From positions 1 to 64,000 of the IMG/VR virus record IMGVR_UViG_3300049740_002954: DNA of 64,000 nt; one strand, 5' to 3'. This document shows, in pieces, positions 22,335 to 32,202 of this stretch (positions are counted from its first letter, which is position 1; every line of letters begins with the position of its first letter). The notes beneath the pieces were generated by a model. The model was not told the origin of the DNA, ran no database searches, and worked only from the letters and a program-made list of their open reading frames with translations. Position numbers and translations under genes: made by a program. Source of the DNA: a virus.

Positions 22335-23072
22335 GTGCCAGAAGAAGAGGGAAAGCAATTTTCATATTCAGACAAAGCTAAAGACATTGACGAGGAAATT
22401 GGGAAGCGGAGGAACAAATGGTTTCTTGATTCTCTTGCTTGGTTTAGCTTTGACGATGTCGAACAAATCATTAGGGCTCATATATTTAAAAAGTGGCATC
22501 AATGGGATCAAAGGAGACCTTTAAAGCCTTGGATTAATAAGATTATTACAAATCAAATGAAAAATATTTTGCGAAACAATTATAGCAATTTTGTGAGACC
22601 ATGCTTGAATTGCCCATTTAATCAGTCGGGACCGTCTCAAGACGGGCATTCTCTTTGCGGCTTTACTAAAACTGGATTACAAGATTCATCTTGCCCGCTG
22701 TACGCAAAGTGGGAAAAAACAAAGAAGTCTGCCTATCAAATTAAAATGCCTGTAGCTCTTGAGAATCACTCTCATGAAGTTTTCTGTATGCAAGATAAAT
22801 TCCTTGATATAGATCTTGCTCGAGACAAAATAAATAAAATGATGGAGAAAGAGTTGTCTAAGAAACAATTTATGGTATATGATTTATTATTTATTCAGCA
22901 TAAAGATGAAGAGTATGTCGCTAAACAAATGGGATATAAAACATCTGAGCAGGGACGAAAAGCTGGATACAAACAGATAAAAAACCTAAAAAAAATCTTT
23001 AAGCAAAAAGCTCAAGAAATCATACAGAAAGAAGATATTCTTCCTGAAAATTCACCTATAAAATGGACCTAA
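22335..23072 (+). CDS. phage sigma70-family factor with Cys-rich insertion
   Basis: Region-2-like DDVEQ...WDQRRPLKPWINKIITNQMKNILR; region-4-like LSKKQFMVY...EEYVAKQMGY. Confidence 0.7.
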   Translation: MPEEEGKQFSYSDKAKDIDEEIGKRRNKWFLDSLAWFSFDDVEQIIRAHIFKKWHQWDQRRPLKPWINKIITNQMKNILRNNYSNFVRPCLNCPFNQSGPSQDGHSLCGFTKTGLQDSSCPLYAKWEKTKKSAYQIKMPVALENHSHEVFCMQDKFLDIDLARDKINKMMEKELSKKQFMVYDLLFIQHKDEEYVAKQMGYKTSEQGRKAGYKQIKNLKKIFKQKAQEIIQKEDILPENSPIKWT

Positions 23073-24115
23073 ATCAAGAGCAAAAAGATATAATCTTAGA
23101 AAACTGTAAAAAAACAACAGACCTTTCTGAGTTAACTAGAATGGCGTTTCCTGATTGCGAAAAAATTGATGGAAGAAGCAAGCAGGGAAGAGCGGTTAGA
23201 GAATTCTTATCTACCAACCAAATACAATATGAGACAAGACACCTTGACCCTAAAGAAAGTATCATTTTATCCCAAGAGCAAAAAGAGTTTATAAATAATT
23301 CTATCGACCAAGGTATGGACTGTTTGCAAATTGCTTCAGTATTATTTCCTTCTGTAAGAGTAACTAAAAATTCTCAAGAATATACATGTGTTTATAATTA
23401 TGTCGAAAAAAGTGAAAACTTATCTCCCCCCATATCAGAGGATAGTGTTAATAAAAAATATTCTACCCCCAAAGCGGCTAGCAAAATTATAAAAAAAATA
23501 AACGACTCTTGCCAAAAAGACATAGAGGAATCTAAACTTAATGTTTCTGAGAGAAAAAGTATTGAATCTCTTGGAGCTTTTTTGGCCTCACCAAGATTTA
23601 TTCAAGTAATAAACACCTACGACAGTTCAGAGGATAGGGAGTTATTTGAAGCAGAATTTATTAGAGCCACTTGGGATAAGCCAGATCTAACTAGCGATGA
23701 AATAAATCTATATATCAATGTGTGCATGGACTATATTCATCTAAAAAATATACAGAATGCAATCAATAAACTTAATAGAATGTTTGATGAAGCAGAAGAT
23801 CAACAGGATTTGACTGTAAGATTAGCGGAGCTCTTAAAAACAAAAAGCGAAGAATACAATCAGTGCGAAAAAAGAATGGAATCTCTGATCCAAAAACTTC
23901 AGGGGGACCGATCAAAAAGAATTTCTAATCACCAAAGGCAAAATGCAAACATCCTGGCTCTTGTTCAGTTATTTCAAGAGGAAGAAGAAAGAAAAGTCAT
24001 GGTAAAAATTGCTCAACTGCAAAAACAGGCCGCCAAAAAAGAAGCTGACAATATAGAATCTATGCCAGATTGGAAGGCTAGGGTATTAGGTGTGTCAAAA
24101 GAAGATGTTCTATAA
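23063..24115 (+). CDS. conserved hypothetical protein (HTH repeats plus coiled coil; possible TerS or packaging partner)
   Basis: 350 aa, upstream of TerL. Confidence 0.55.
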   Translation: MDLNQEQKDIILENCKKTTDLSELTRMAFPDCEKIDGRSKQGRAVREFLSTNQIQYETRHLDPKESIILSQEQKEFINNSIDQGMDCLQIASVLFPSVRVTKNSQEYTCVYNYVEKSENLSPPISEDSVNKKYSTPKAASKIIKKINDSCQKDIEESKLNVSERKSIESLGAFLASPRFIQVINTYDSSEDRELFEAEFIRATWDKPDLTSDEINLYINVCMDYIHLKNIQNAINKLNRMFDEAEDQQDLTVRLAELLKTKSEEYNQCEKRMESLIQKLQGDRSKRISNHQRQNANILALVQLFQEEEERKVMVKIAQLQKQAAKKEADNIESMPDWKARVLGVSKEDVL

Positions 24116-24467
24116 TTATAAAATTAAAAAAATTGAAAGAGTTATAGATGGCGACACTTTTGACGCATTTATTGACTTAGGCTTTAACACCTTGGTTAAA
24201 AAAAGAATAAGAATTTATGGAATTAATTGTCCCGAATGCAGAACTAGAAACAAAAAAGAAAAAGAGAAGGGGTTGCTCGCCAAAAAATTCTTACAGCAAA
24301 TTTTTGAAAGTTTTGAAAATTCTATATCTATTAATTCAAAGGGTATAGGAAAGTATGGTAGAGTATTAGCTGAAGTTAAAATAGATCAAATCAGAGAGGA
24401 AAAAGATGTTGCTGAATTTATGATAAGCAATGGTCATGCCAAAGAATATTATGGAGGAAAAAAATGA
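24105..24467 (+). CDS. thermonuclease (SNase-like)
   Basis: RVIDGDT, RIRIYGINCPE, GKYGRVLA. Confidence 0.9.
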   Translation: MFYNYKIKKIERVIDGDTFDAFIDLGFNTLVKKRIRIYGINCPECRTRNKKEKEKGLLAKKFLQQIFESFENSISINSKGIGKYGRVLAEVKIDQIREEKDVAEFMISNGHAKEYYGGKK

Positions 24468-25381
24468 ATACCTGCCAAGAATGCTCCAAAGAGTTTTCGT
24501 CGGAAAGAGCTTTGCATGCCCACATAAAAGTTCACGGATTAACCTTGGCAGAATATTATACAAGGCATTTTCCAAGATTTAGCTTGTATACTGGAGAGCC
24601 TCTTGCGTTTAAAAATAAATCAGATTATTTTAGTAAAGATTTTGCTAATTATAACGAATTTAAATCTTGGATAGAAAGAGAAAGTGATTCTATTGTTAAG
24701 CCTTATATATTGCAAATGCTAAAAAAAAGAATAGAGTTGAAAGAATTAAATTTTGCACCCCCTCATGTAGAGTTAATAATTCAAGAAATGGCTACAGCTG
24801 AAATGTATAAGAAATATTTTGGTTCGTATAGTAACGCTTGTAGCGAAATAGAGTGCGAACCGATGTTCCCTAACGCTCTACCTCCTGAGTGGCATGATTT
24901 AGACGCGCAAGATATTGAAATTTTTGTAGATACTAGAGAGCAACAGCCGCTAGAGTTTAAAAATTCTTCCAATTTAAAACTAGAATTTGGAGACTATGCT
25001 GTCGGCGGCGAACACTACGACTATACTTTTGTAGATAGAAAGGGAGAACAAGACTTTAAATCTACATTGAGTAAAAATAATCTCGAAAGATTCAGAGAGG
25101 AACTTAAGAAGACTAAAGAATTTGATAGTTATATGTTTGTAGTTACAGAAAGCAACTTAGATACTATATATAAAAATAATAAATGGTCAAAACATAGATC
25201 TAATTTAAAATACATATATCACAATATGAGAGTTTTAAATCATGAATTCGCTGGGCATTGTCAATTTATTTTTTCAGGGAGCAGAGAAAAGAGTCAGGAG
25301 ATAATCCCGAAAATCTTGATGATGGGAAAAAAAATATGGAAGACAGACCTTCAATATTATATTGACAAAAATTTAATATAA
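24464..25381 (+). CDS. C2H2 zinc finger fused to ERCC4/XPF nuclease
   Basis: CQECSKEFSSERALHAHIKVH; IFVDTREQQP, GDY, VDRK. Confidence 0.8.
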   Translation: MNTCQECSKEFSSERALHAHIKVHGLTLAEYYTRHFPRFSLYTGEPLAFKNKSDYFSKDFANYNEFKSWIERESDSIVKPYILQMLKKRIELKELNFAPPHVELIIQEMATAEMYKKYFGSYSNACSEIECEPMFPNALPPEWHDLDAQDIEIFVDTREQQPLEFKNSSNLKLEFGDYAVGGEHYDYTFVDRKGEQDFKSTLSKNNLERFREELKKTKEFDSYMFVVTESNLDTIYKNNKWSKHRSNLKYIYHNMRVLNHEFAGHCQFIFSGSREKSQEIIPKILMMGKKIWKTDLQYYIDKNLI

Positions 25382-27252
25382 TGACTTGGGAAACAGGAAA
25401 TCAATTATCAAGAAAAGAAGAGGCGGACTTAAATGAGCAAATTCTTTCTATGGAGGGATTTATAGAAGAACGCGAAGCAAAGGTTCTTTTGTATAAATTT
25501 TTGAGAGAAAATATTACTTTTACTGCCGATTTGATTAGCGGTGTTAAGCTTTTTCCTTTTCAACACATGGCGATTAAAGCAATGTTTAGTACGGATTACT
25601 TTATGGGAGTTTGGAGTCGGGGAATGAGTAAGTCATTTACCACCGCAATATATGCATATCTAGATGCTATACTTAATCAAGGCGTAGAAATTGGTATACT
25701 CTCCAAGTCTTTTCGACAAGCAAAAATGATATTTAAAAAAATAGAGGATATTGCGTCTAAGCCTGGAGCCCATTTTTTATCTCAATGCATTACTCATAAA
25801 TCTAAAAGCAATGATGAATGGCTGCTCGAAATAGGTAGTAGTAGAATTAGAGCTTTACCTTTAGGCGATGGAGAAAAACTGCGCGGTTTTCGATTTCATA
25901 GAATTATTATTGACGAGTTTGCTTTGATGCCCGAAAGAATTTATAACGAGGTTATTATACCCTTCTTGAGTGTTGTAGAAAACCCCACTCAACGAGAAGA
26001 GCTTTACAATCTTGAAACAGAGATTATAAAAAAAGGAGAGATGAAAGAGGACGAGCGACATATTTGGCCAAACAATAAACTAATTGCCTTATCTTCTGCA
26101 AGTTATAAGTTTGAATATATGTATAAAGCCTATGAGCAGTTTGAGGAATTAATTAATATCGGTAGTAATAAGCAGTCAGATGCGCATAGAACTATTATGC
26201 AATTCAGTTACGATTGCGCACCCAAACAGCTTTACGATCAAAACTTGATTAACCAAGCAAAATCTACAATGAGCCAAAGTCAGTTTGATCGAGAGTTTGG
26301 ATCTATATTTACAGATGATAGTAGTGGATATTTTAAGACATCTAAAATGGCAGCCTGCACTCTAAAAGATGGAGAGGCCCCAAATATAGAAGTGTGTGGA
26401 GAGGTTGGCGCTAAGTATATCTTAGCTTTTGACCCGAGTTGGGCAGAAAGTGAAAGTAGCGATGACTTTGCTATGATGGTATTGAAATTGGATGACGAAA
26501 AAAAGATAGGAACGGTTGTTCATAGCTATGCTCTATCTGGAGCTAATTTAAAACAACATATATTTTATTTTTATTATTTATTAACTCATTTTAATATTGT
26601 TTCTATTGTTGGCGATTATAATGGGGGAGTGCAATTTATTAATGCATGTAATGAAAGTAGTTTATTTAAAAAGAAAAAAATTAATATTGGATGTTTAAAT
26701 ACTAATTTTGATGATTTAGAACATTATCAAGATAAGCTAAAAGAAGGAAAAAAAGAATATAATTTAGAAACTAGAAATATTTGCTATTTAAGAAAGCCTA
26801 CTAGCCAATGGATTCGACTCGCAAACGAATTATTGCAAGCAAATTTTGATCACAAAAGAATTCATTTCGCATCAAGAGCTATTAATGATGCATATAACGA
26901 ACAAAGGAATAAAAAAATTCCAATACAAGATCTGCAATTTTTAAGAACATCTCAAAGTTTAGATAAGCAAACTAATGCTGCAAAAATGATTGATTTTGTG
27001 GAGCATCAATTTGACATGATAAACTTAATTAAATCACAATGCGCGCTTATTCAAATAACAACTTCATCTGGAGGCACTCAAACTTTCGACTTGCCTTCAA
27101 ACCTTAGAAGACAGACTGGGCCAGAAAAGGCTAGGAAAGACTCTTATTCTGCGCTTGTCTTAGGAAATTGGATGGTGAAATTATATTACGATATGACAAA
27201 TACTAAAATCGAAAAAGTTAATTATACTTTTACTCCCATGTTTATAAAGTAA
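25381..27252 (+). CDS. terL: terminase large subunit
   Basis: LFPFQ, SRGMSKS Walker A, LRGFRFHRIIIDE Walker B, nuclease domain ILAFDPS...SDDFA...KDSYSA. Confidence 0.92.
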   Translation: MTWETGNQLSRKEEADLNEQILSMEGFIEEREAKVLLYKFLRENITFTADLISGVKLFPFQHMAIKAMFSTDYFMGVWSRGMSKSFTTAIYAYLDAILNQGVEIGILSKSFRQAKMIFKKIEDIASKPGAHFLSQCITHKSKSNDEWLLEIGSSRIRALPLGDGEKLRGFRFHRIIIDEFALMPERIYNEVIIPFLSVVENPTQREELYNLETEIIKKGEMKEDERHIWPNNKLIALSSASYKFEYMYKAYEQFEELINIGSNKQSDAHRTIMQFSYDCAPKQLYDQNLINQAKSTMSQSQFDREFGSIFTDDSSGYFKTSKMAACTLKDGEAPNIEVCGEVGAKYILAFDPSWAESESSDDFAMMVLKLDDEKKIGTVVHSYALSGANLKQHIFYFYYLLTHFNIVSIVGDYNGGVQFINACNESSLFKKKKINIGCLNTNFDDLEHYQDKLKEGKKEYNLETRNICYLRKPTSQWIRLANELLQANFDHKRIHFASRAINDAYNEQRNKKIPIQDLQFLRTSQSLDKQTNAAKMIDFVEHQFDMINLIKSQCALIQITTSSGGTQTFDLPSNLRRQTGPEKARKDSYSALVLGNWMVKLYYDMTNTKIEKVNYTFTPMFIK

Positions 27253-27267
27253 GTGTATTTCACATAA

Positions 27268-28866
27268 ATGGATCAAGAATTTAAATATACCACCACTTTT
27301 GAGAATACAGTTTTTGCTTCGAGCGATATAGAAAACTCTAATATAAGCAAAGCCTCTCTTGAAGCTTTAAAGCCATTAATCCCTAAAGATATTAATCTTG
27401 ATAAAAATATTGATATTATTGGTGTTGCTTTTAATGCTGCAGTTGTTAATAAATTTAATAAAAATGGAGATGGCATAGATAGCGAAGCTGCAGTAGCTGT
27501 AAAAGATTATTTCGTTCACAAGCCAACAAATATAGAGCATGACAGGGAAAAGATTGTTGGGCATATTGTTTCTGCGGGGTTTTCAAAATATGGTGGAGAT
27601 TCTGAGCTAATGAATGAAGAATCTGCTTTAATAGAAGATGGGGCTTATAATATAGCATTGGCTGCAGTTGTCTATCGAACAGCTAGCAAGGAATTTGCTG
27701 ATTTAGTTCTAAACTCTACAGATCCAGAGAGCGACTTTTTTCAAACCGTTTCAGCAAGCTGGGAAGTAGGTTTTAATGATTATGTAATTTCTGTAGGTGG
27801 GGATGATTTAAATGATTGCACGATAATATCAAACCAAGAAGAAATTAAAGCTTACTCGCCTTACCTTAAAGCTTTGGGTGGAAAGGGCTACTTAAGCGAT
27901 GGAAGAAAAGTTAATAGATTAATAGTTGGGGATATATACCCACTTGGCATTGGTTTTACTTCAAACCCTGCGGCAGATGTAAAAGGATTGGTGGCAGAAG
28001 ATAATAAACCACAAGAAAAACAAACCTCTAGGAATCAACCAATTAGCCAATTAATCACAAAAACTGAAAAAACTTCCCATTCCAATAAACAAAATGTAAT
28101 AAACAAAGAACTTAATAATATTATTATGGACAAAGATACAATCATAAATGAATTCCGAGCAGCTTTAGATGAAAAGCTTGGCAAGCAAGATTTCTCTGAG
28201 GAAAGTGTCGCAAGCATTTCTAAAGTGTTTATCGAAGCTATCCGAGAGAAAGGCGAACAGTATGTCGCCGATCTTGAAAAAGCTAAAGCTGAAAAAGAAG
28301 AAGCTGTTCAGGCTCAAAGCTCTCTTCAAGAAAAAGTGACTCAAGTAGAAAGTGAACTTGAAGTAGCCCAACAAAAGCTTAGCGCTTTAGAAGAAGAAAA
28401 TGCTGCTAGAGACGCACAAATCAGATTTAATAATCGCATGGATGTTATTAATGACGCATACGAACTTGATGAAGAAGACTCTAAAATCGTAGCGACTGAA
28501 TTAAATGATCTTGACGAAAGCGATGAAAGTTTCGCAGAGTTTCAAGAAAAACTATCAAAAATTTGGAAGCATAAAAACAAAGAGTTTATCGCTACAGAGC
28601 AAAAAGCTTTCGAAGATAGAGTGTCTCAAGAAGTAGAAAAGAGGATTTCTGAAACCTCGTCCGCTTCAACAGAAGAAGTTTCAGACCAAGCGTCTGAAGA
28701 AGCGTCAGAAGAAACAACTGAAGAATCAGAAGTTGAGGAAGTTCTCGACTCTCTTGAAGTTGAAGACGCTGCAATCGTAAACAATAATGAAAGTTCGTCT
28801 GATGGTGAGTCGCTTCGCGACCGCTTCGCAAAAACTTTTAAAGAATCAGTTAAAATTTCATACTAA
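27268..28866 (+). CDS. prohead protease fused to an acidic coiled-coil scaffold
   Basis: NKNGD, NIEHD..KIVGH, SASWEV, NPAAD; long acidic coiled coil; lies between TerL and the capsid genes. Confidence 0.75.
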   Translation: MDQEFKYTTTFENTVFASSDIENSNISKASLEALKPLIPKDINLDKNIDIIGVAFNAAVVNKFNKNGDGIDSEAAVAVKDYFVHKPTNIEHDREKIVGHIVSAGFSKYGGDSELMNEESALIEDGAYNIALAAVVYRTASKEFADLVLNSTDPESDFFQTVSASWEVGFNDYVISVGGDDLNDCTIISNQEEIKAYSPYLKALGGKGYLSDGRKVNRLIVGDIYPLGIGFTSNPAADVKGLVAEDNKPQEKQTSRNQPISQLITKTEKTSHSNKQNVINKELNNIIMDKDTIINEFRAALDEKLGKQDFSEESVASISKVFIEAIREKGEQYVADLEKAKAEKEEAVQAQSSLQEKVTQVESELEVAQQKLSALEEENAARDAQIRFNNRMDVINDAYELDEEDSKIVATELNDLDESDESFAEFQEKLSKIWKHKNKEFIATEQKAFEDRVSQEVEKRISETSSASTEEVSDQASEEASEETTEESEVEEVLDSLEVEDAAIVNNNESSSDGESLRDRFAKTFKESVKISY

Positions 28867-28878
28867 ATATATAAAATT

Positions 28879-29499
28879 ATGGCAAAAAGAATACTACCAT
28901 ACCGAGACTACAGTGAACACGACGTCGTAAACTTGTTCGCACTTGAAGTTGGAAGCGCAGACTCTCTCTATGATTGGGTCGAAGCTAGCAGCGGAAAGTG
29001 GGACGCAGGAGTTGTTGTTTCTGTAAGCGCGGGAGCTCTACCTGGTGAGGTTTCCGAATTGCGTGCATCAACACCAGATAATCTTCGTGATTATCTTGGC
29101 GCTAGCTTTGATGGCGTGCATATTGGATTCAATGGATACCCCGCTAACGGTATGACCGTTGCTCCTGCTTCTGCTGGCAGTCGAGGCCTTGGAATCACAC
29201 TTCGTGAAACCTTGGCTTTTGATGAGAATGGAGAAAAACTTCTCTATTATAAACAAAAACTAGATGAAGCGCAAGCGGTTCTTCCTGGTCAAACAGTTCC
29301 TGTATTGACTCGCGGATTAGTTCTTCTTGGCGCTGGAGCTATTGACGGTTCTGTTTCAGTAGGTGACGATTTAGAAGTCGCTGCTGGAGGAAAACTTGCA
29401 TCTCAAACCTCTGGGGCTACAGTTGGTTCTGTAGTCGCTATCGGAGAAGAAAGCGATGACTCCTCTGCAAAGAAATATCTCTGCAAAGTTAGCTTCTAA
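28879..29499 (+). CDS. putative head decoration / capsid cement protein
   Basis: Immediately upstream of MCP; VPVLTRG...VGDDL....GKL pattern. Confidence 0.65.
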   Translation: MAKRILPYRDYSEHDVVNLFALEVGSADSLYDWVEASSGKWDAGVVVSVSAGALPGEVSELRASTPDNLRDYLGASFDGVHIGFNGYPANGMTVAPASAGSRGLGITLRETLAFDENGEKLLYYKQKLDEAQAVLPGQTVPVLTRGLVLLGAGAIDGSVSVGDDLEVAAGGKLASQTSGATVGSVVAIGEESDDSSAKKYLCKVSF

Positions 29500-29517
29500 G
29501 AAAGGAATTAAAGAATA

Positions 29518-30645
29518 ATGAAAATTACTTTAGAAAGAACACCCGAGCAAGCCGAGCTTATTAAAGCTATGGCTTCTAAAAATCGTGATGTCGCTTATGA
29601 AGCTCAAACTGCATTAGCCGAATTTATTGGCCCAGTTTTGGCAGAAGTTGTTAATACAGCTCCTACTGTAAGCAATATGTTTTCAAGTCTTCAATTTAAT
29701 AGCGATGAAAGTCCAAGCATTCCTTTGGATCTTTATCACGATATTACTGACGAAGATTACATTCAAGTTTGGAGTCAATCAGTTCCTGGCGGACTTCCTA
29801 CAAATCAAGTCGCCCCTTCACAAAGCGAGCTTAAGTTCACAACTTATACTCTTGACAGTGCATTGAGCTTCGATAAGCGTTACGCTTCTCGCTCAAGACT
29901 TGACGTTGTTAGTAAAACATTCACGCGTATGGCACAAGAAATTCTTCTTAAGCAAGAAAAAACTTCTGCCAGCATGATTATGACTGCATTAGCCAAAGCA
30001 AGCTCAAACGGAGAACAGCATGTTATTCGTTCGGCTCAAAAAGGAGGCTTTTTGCTCTCAGATCTTAATAAATTATTTACTAAGGCCAAAAGAATTAATA
30101 CTTCTTGGACAGGTGGAACTCCTGCTGATCGCCGCGGACGCGGTATCACAGATCTTCTTGTTTCCCCTGAAATCGTAGAAGAAATTCGTGGATTAGCTTA
30201 TAATCCAATTAATACCAAAGGTGATAATACAGATATTCCTGGAACCGATAGTATGCGCGATGCAGTATTTAGCAGCGCTGGAATTCCAGAATTTTATGGC
30301 GTATCCATTCAAGAATATAATGAAATGGGTAATGGTCAAAAATGGAATACTATATTTGACACAGCTGCAGGTACAACAACCTATGACGACAATTATGCTG
30401 CTACTGGTGGAGGAGACCGTGCATTTGACGGTTCCGCTGGAAAAGAGCAAATTCTTGTAGGTGTTGATTTAAGTCGTGAATCTATGATTCGTGCAGTAGC
30501 TACAGACTCAGAATCCGGAGACGAATTCTCTCTAGTAGCCGACGATCAATTCGTAACACGCCAATCTAAAGTTGGTTATTACGGTTCTCTTGAGGAGGGT
30601 CGTATGATCATCGACGATCGTGTTTTACTTGGTCTTATCGTTTAA
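29518..30645 (+). CDS. major capsid protein (HK97-type)
   Basis: 375 aa, ends the head operon, followed by a terminator; DLLVSPE...GIPEFYGVSI. Confidence 0.8.
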   Translation: MKITLERTPEQAELIKAMASKNRDVAYEAQTALAEFIGPVLAEVVNTAPTVSNMFSSLQFNSDESPSIPLDLYHDITDEDYIQVWSQSVPGGLPTNQVAPSQSELKFTTYTLDSALSFDKRYASRSRLDVVSKTFTRMAQEILLKQEKTSASMIMTALAKASSNGEQHVIRSAQKGGFLLSDLNKLFTKAKRINTSWTGGTPADRRGRGITDLLVSPEIVEEIRGLAYNPINTKGDNTDIPGTDSMRDAVFSSAGIPEFYGVSIQEYNEMGNGQKWNTIFDTAAGTTTYDDNYAATGGGDRAFDGSAGKEQILVGVDLSRESMIRAVATDSESGDEFSLVADDQFVTRQSKVGYYGSLEEGRMIIDDRVLLGLIV

Positions 30646-30670
30646 TTTTACAATAAAATTAACGTTTTAT

Positions 30671-30707
30671 AAAAGTCCACCCTGGGTAACTAGGGTGGAT
30701 TTTTTAT
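30671..30707 (+). terminator. intrinsic terminator
   Basis: GTCCACCCTGG-loop-CTAGGGTGGAT followed by a T-tract. Confidence 0.85.
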
Positions 30708-30766
30708 TTTAATTATTTATAATAATATTATTAATTATGTGTATAACTACATTAAAGATATAAATT

Positions 30767-31174
30767 ATGGCAAGAAAAAAAACAAAAAATAATCAAACGA
30801 GCTCAAGCTCATTTAATAAGGTTAAGTTAGAAGATTTAGAACAAACCAATGGCAAGAGTTATGAAGATCAAGTCGCTCAAGCTCGAGAGTTAGAGGAAGT
30901 GCTTGGTATCCCTAAAATTAATCCTTTTAAAACAAATGATAAAAGAGTTTTTCAGGAAATGCTTCAAGACATGAATTTAACTGACCTTCAGACATTCGCG
31001 GTAAAAGTTGGCGTTTTTCCTTCTGGAAATAAAACCGTTCTTAGGAATAAAATTAAAAAGGCTTTTGATTCCAGTTTATACGGAAAAGGGAGTGTTCAGG
31101 TTATGGGAGAACCTCTTAAGCTGGATCCAAATAACCCTAAACATAAAGAGGTTCTTGATTATCTAGGAGGATAA
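30767..31174 (+). CDS. hypothetical protein
   Basis: Follows MCP; GTGTA motif upstream. Confidence 0.75.
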   Translation: MARKKTKNNQTSSSSFNKVKLEDLEQTNGKSYEDQVAQARELEEVLGIPKINPFKTNDKRVFQEMLQDMNLTDLQTFAVKVGVFPSGNKTVLRNKIKKAFDSSLYGKGSVQVMGEPLKLDPNNPKHKEVLDYLGG

Positions 31175-31175
31175 T

Positions 31176-31694
31176 GTGTCTGATATTTACCCAAATTCCT
31201 CTATAGGAAAACTAGCTCTAGAAATTTATGATCACGAGCTTGGTTTTGAGGCTACAGGACAAGCTAAAGTTAATGAAATTAATATAATATCAGGCTGGCT
31301 AGAGGGACATTTGGGAGAACTAAACAATTTAATATATACTCACTTTAGCGGATCAAGCCCTGAGAGCTTCAATCTTGAAGAGCAGGCAATACTCAAGGAA
31401 ATGTATATCTGTGAATATAATAGAAAATCCAACAGAAGGGTTTTAAGAGGTATAGATGGCTCTAGTGGAGAGTCAGATTTTCAGGTAATTAGAGAGGGTG
31501 ATTCGATGATTCAGAAGTCAAATAAAAACATTACTGCAAAAATATATCATGATGCATATCTACAATCTCATAAGCGAGTTCAAGATATGGTCTCATCTTA
31601 TAATTACTATGGAGCTAAACCTACACAAATAAACTCTGACCAAGTTGCTTTCACTGGAGACAGTTCAAATATAAGCAATTACTACTATAGATAA
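31176..31694 (+). CDS. putative head-completion/adaptor protein
   Basis: Position and size; helical with a central beta hairpin (VIREGDSMIQ). Confidence 0.45.
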   Translation: MSDIYPNSSIGKLALEIYDHELGFEATGQAKVNEINIISGWLEGHLGELNNLIYTHFSGSSPESFNLEEQAILKEMYICEYNRKSNRRVLRGIDGSSGESDFQVIREGDSMIQKSNKNITAKIYHDAYLQSHKRVQDMVSSYNYYGAKPTQINSDQVAFTGDSSNISNYYYR

Positions 31695-31695
31695 T

Positions 31696-32202
31696 ATGAA
31701 AGAAAAATCTCAATCAAATTCACAAGACTTAAACAAAATATGTAAATCTGAACTTTTTCATATATGGAAAAAAGCCAGACTGCTCTACGATTCCGTTAGC
31801 GAAGATACTAAAATGGAAGATTGGGTAAGGAAAAATATTACTAAGGCCTATGATTTAATAGATCAATCCTTAAGATATTCTGAGTATGAAAAAATATTTC
31901 CGAAACAAGACGAACAGAACTCTGAAGAAGAAACAAATAATTTTTTATCTAACGAAGATAAAAGATACCCCACTCCAGTCTCTGCAGAAACTGGAGACCA
32001 ATTTATTACTAGGTGCATTTTGGATGCAAATATGAAAAAAAGATATCCTGTTCAGGGAGATAGGTTTTCTGCATGCATGTCAATTTATCACGAAAACAAT
32101 CAAGGAGAGAAGCCTCATGGTAATCCAGGTGAAAAATTTAAAGATCCAATGCTAAAGCAAGAGGATGAGCTTGATAACCCTATTAAACCTTTACTTCCGT
32201 AA
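31696..32202 (+). CDS. hypothetical protein
   Basis: MEDWVRKNITKA and ETGDQFITRC...YP...R...C short phage modules. Confidence 0.7.
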   Translation: MKEKSQSNSQDLNKICKSELFHIWKKARLLYDSVSEDTKMEDWVRKNITKAYDLIDQSLRYSEYEKIFPKQDEQNSEEETNNFLSNEDKRYPTPVSAETGDQFITRCILDANMKKRYPVQGDRFSACMSIYHENNQGEKPHGNPGEKFKDPMLKQEDELDNPIKPLLP

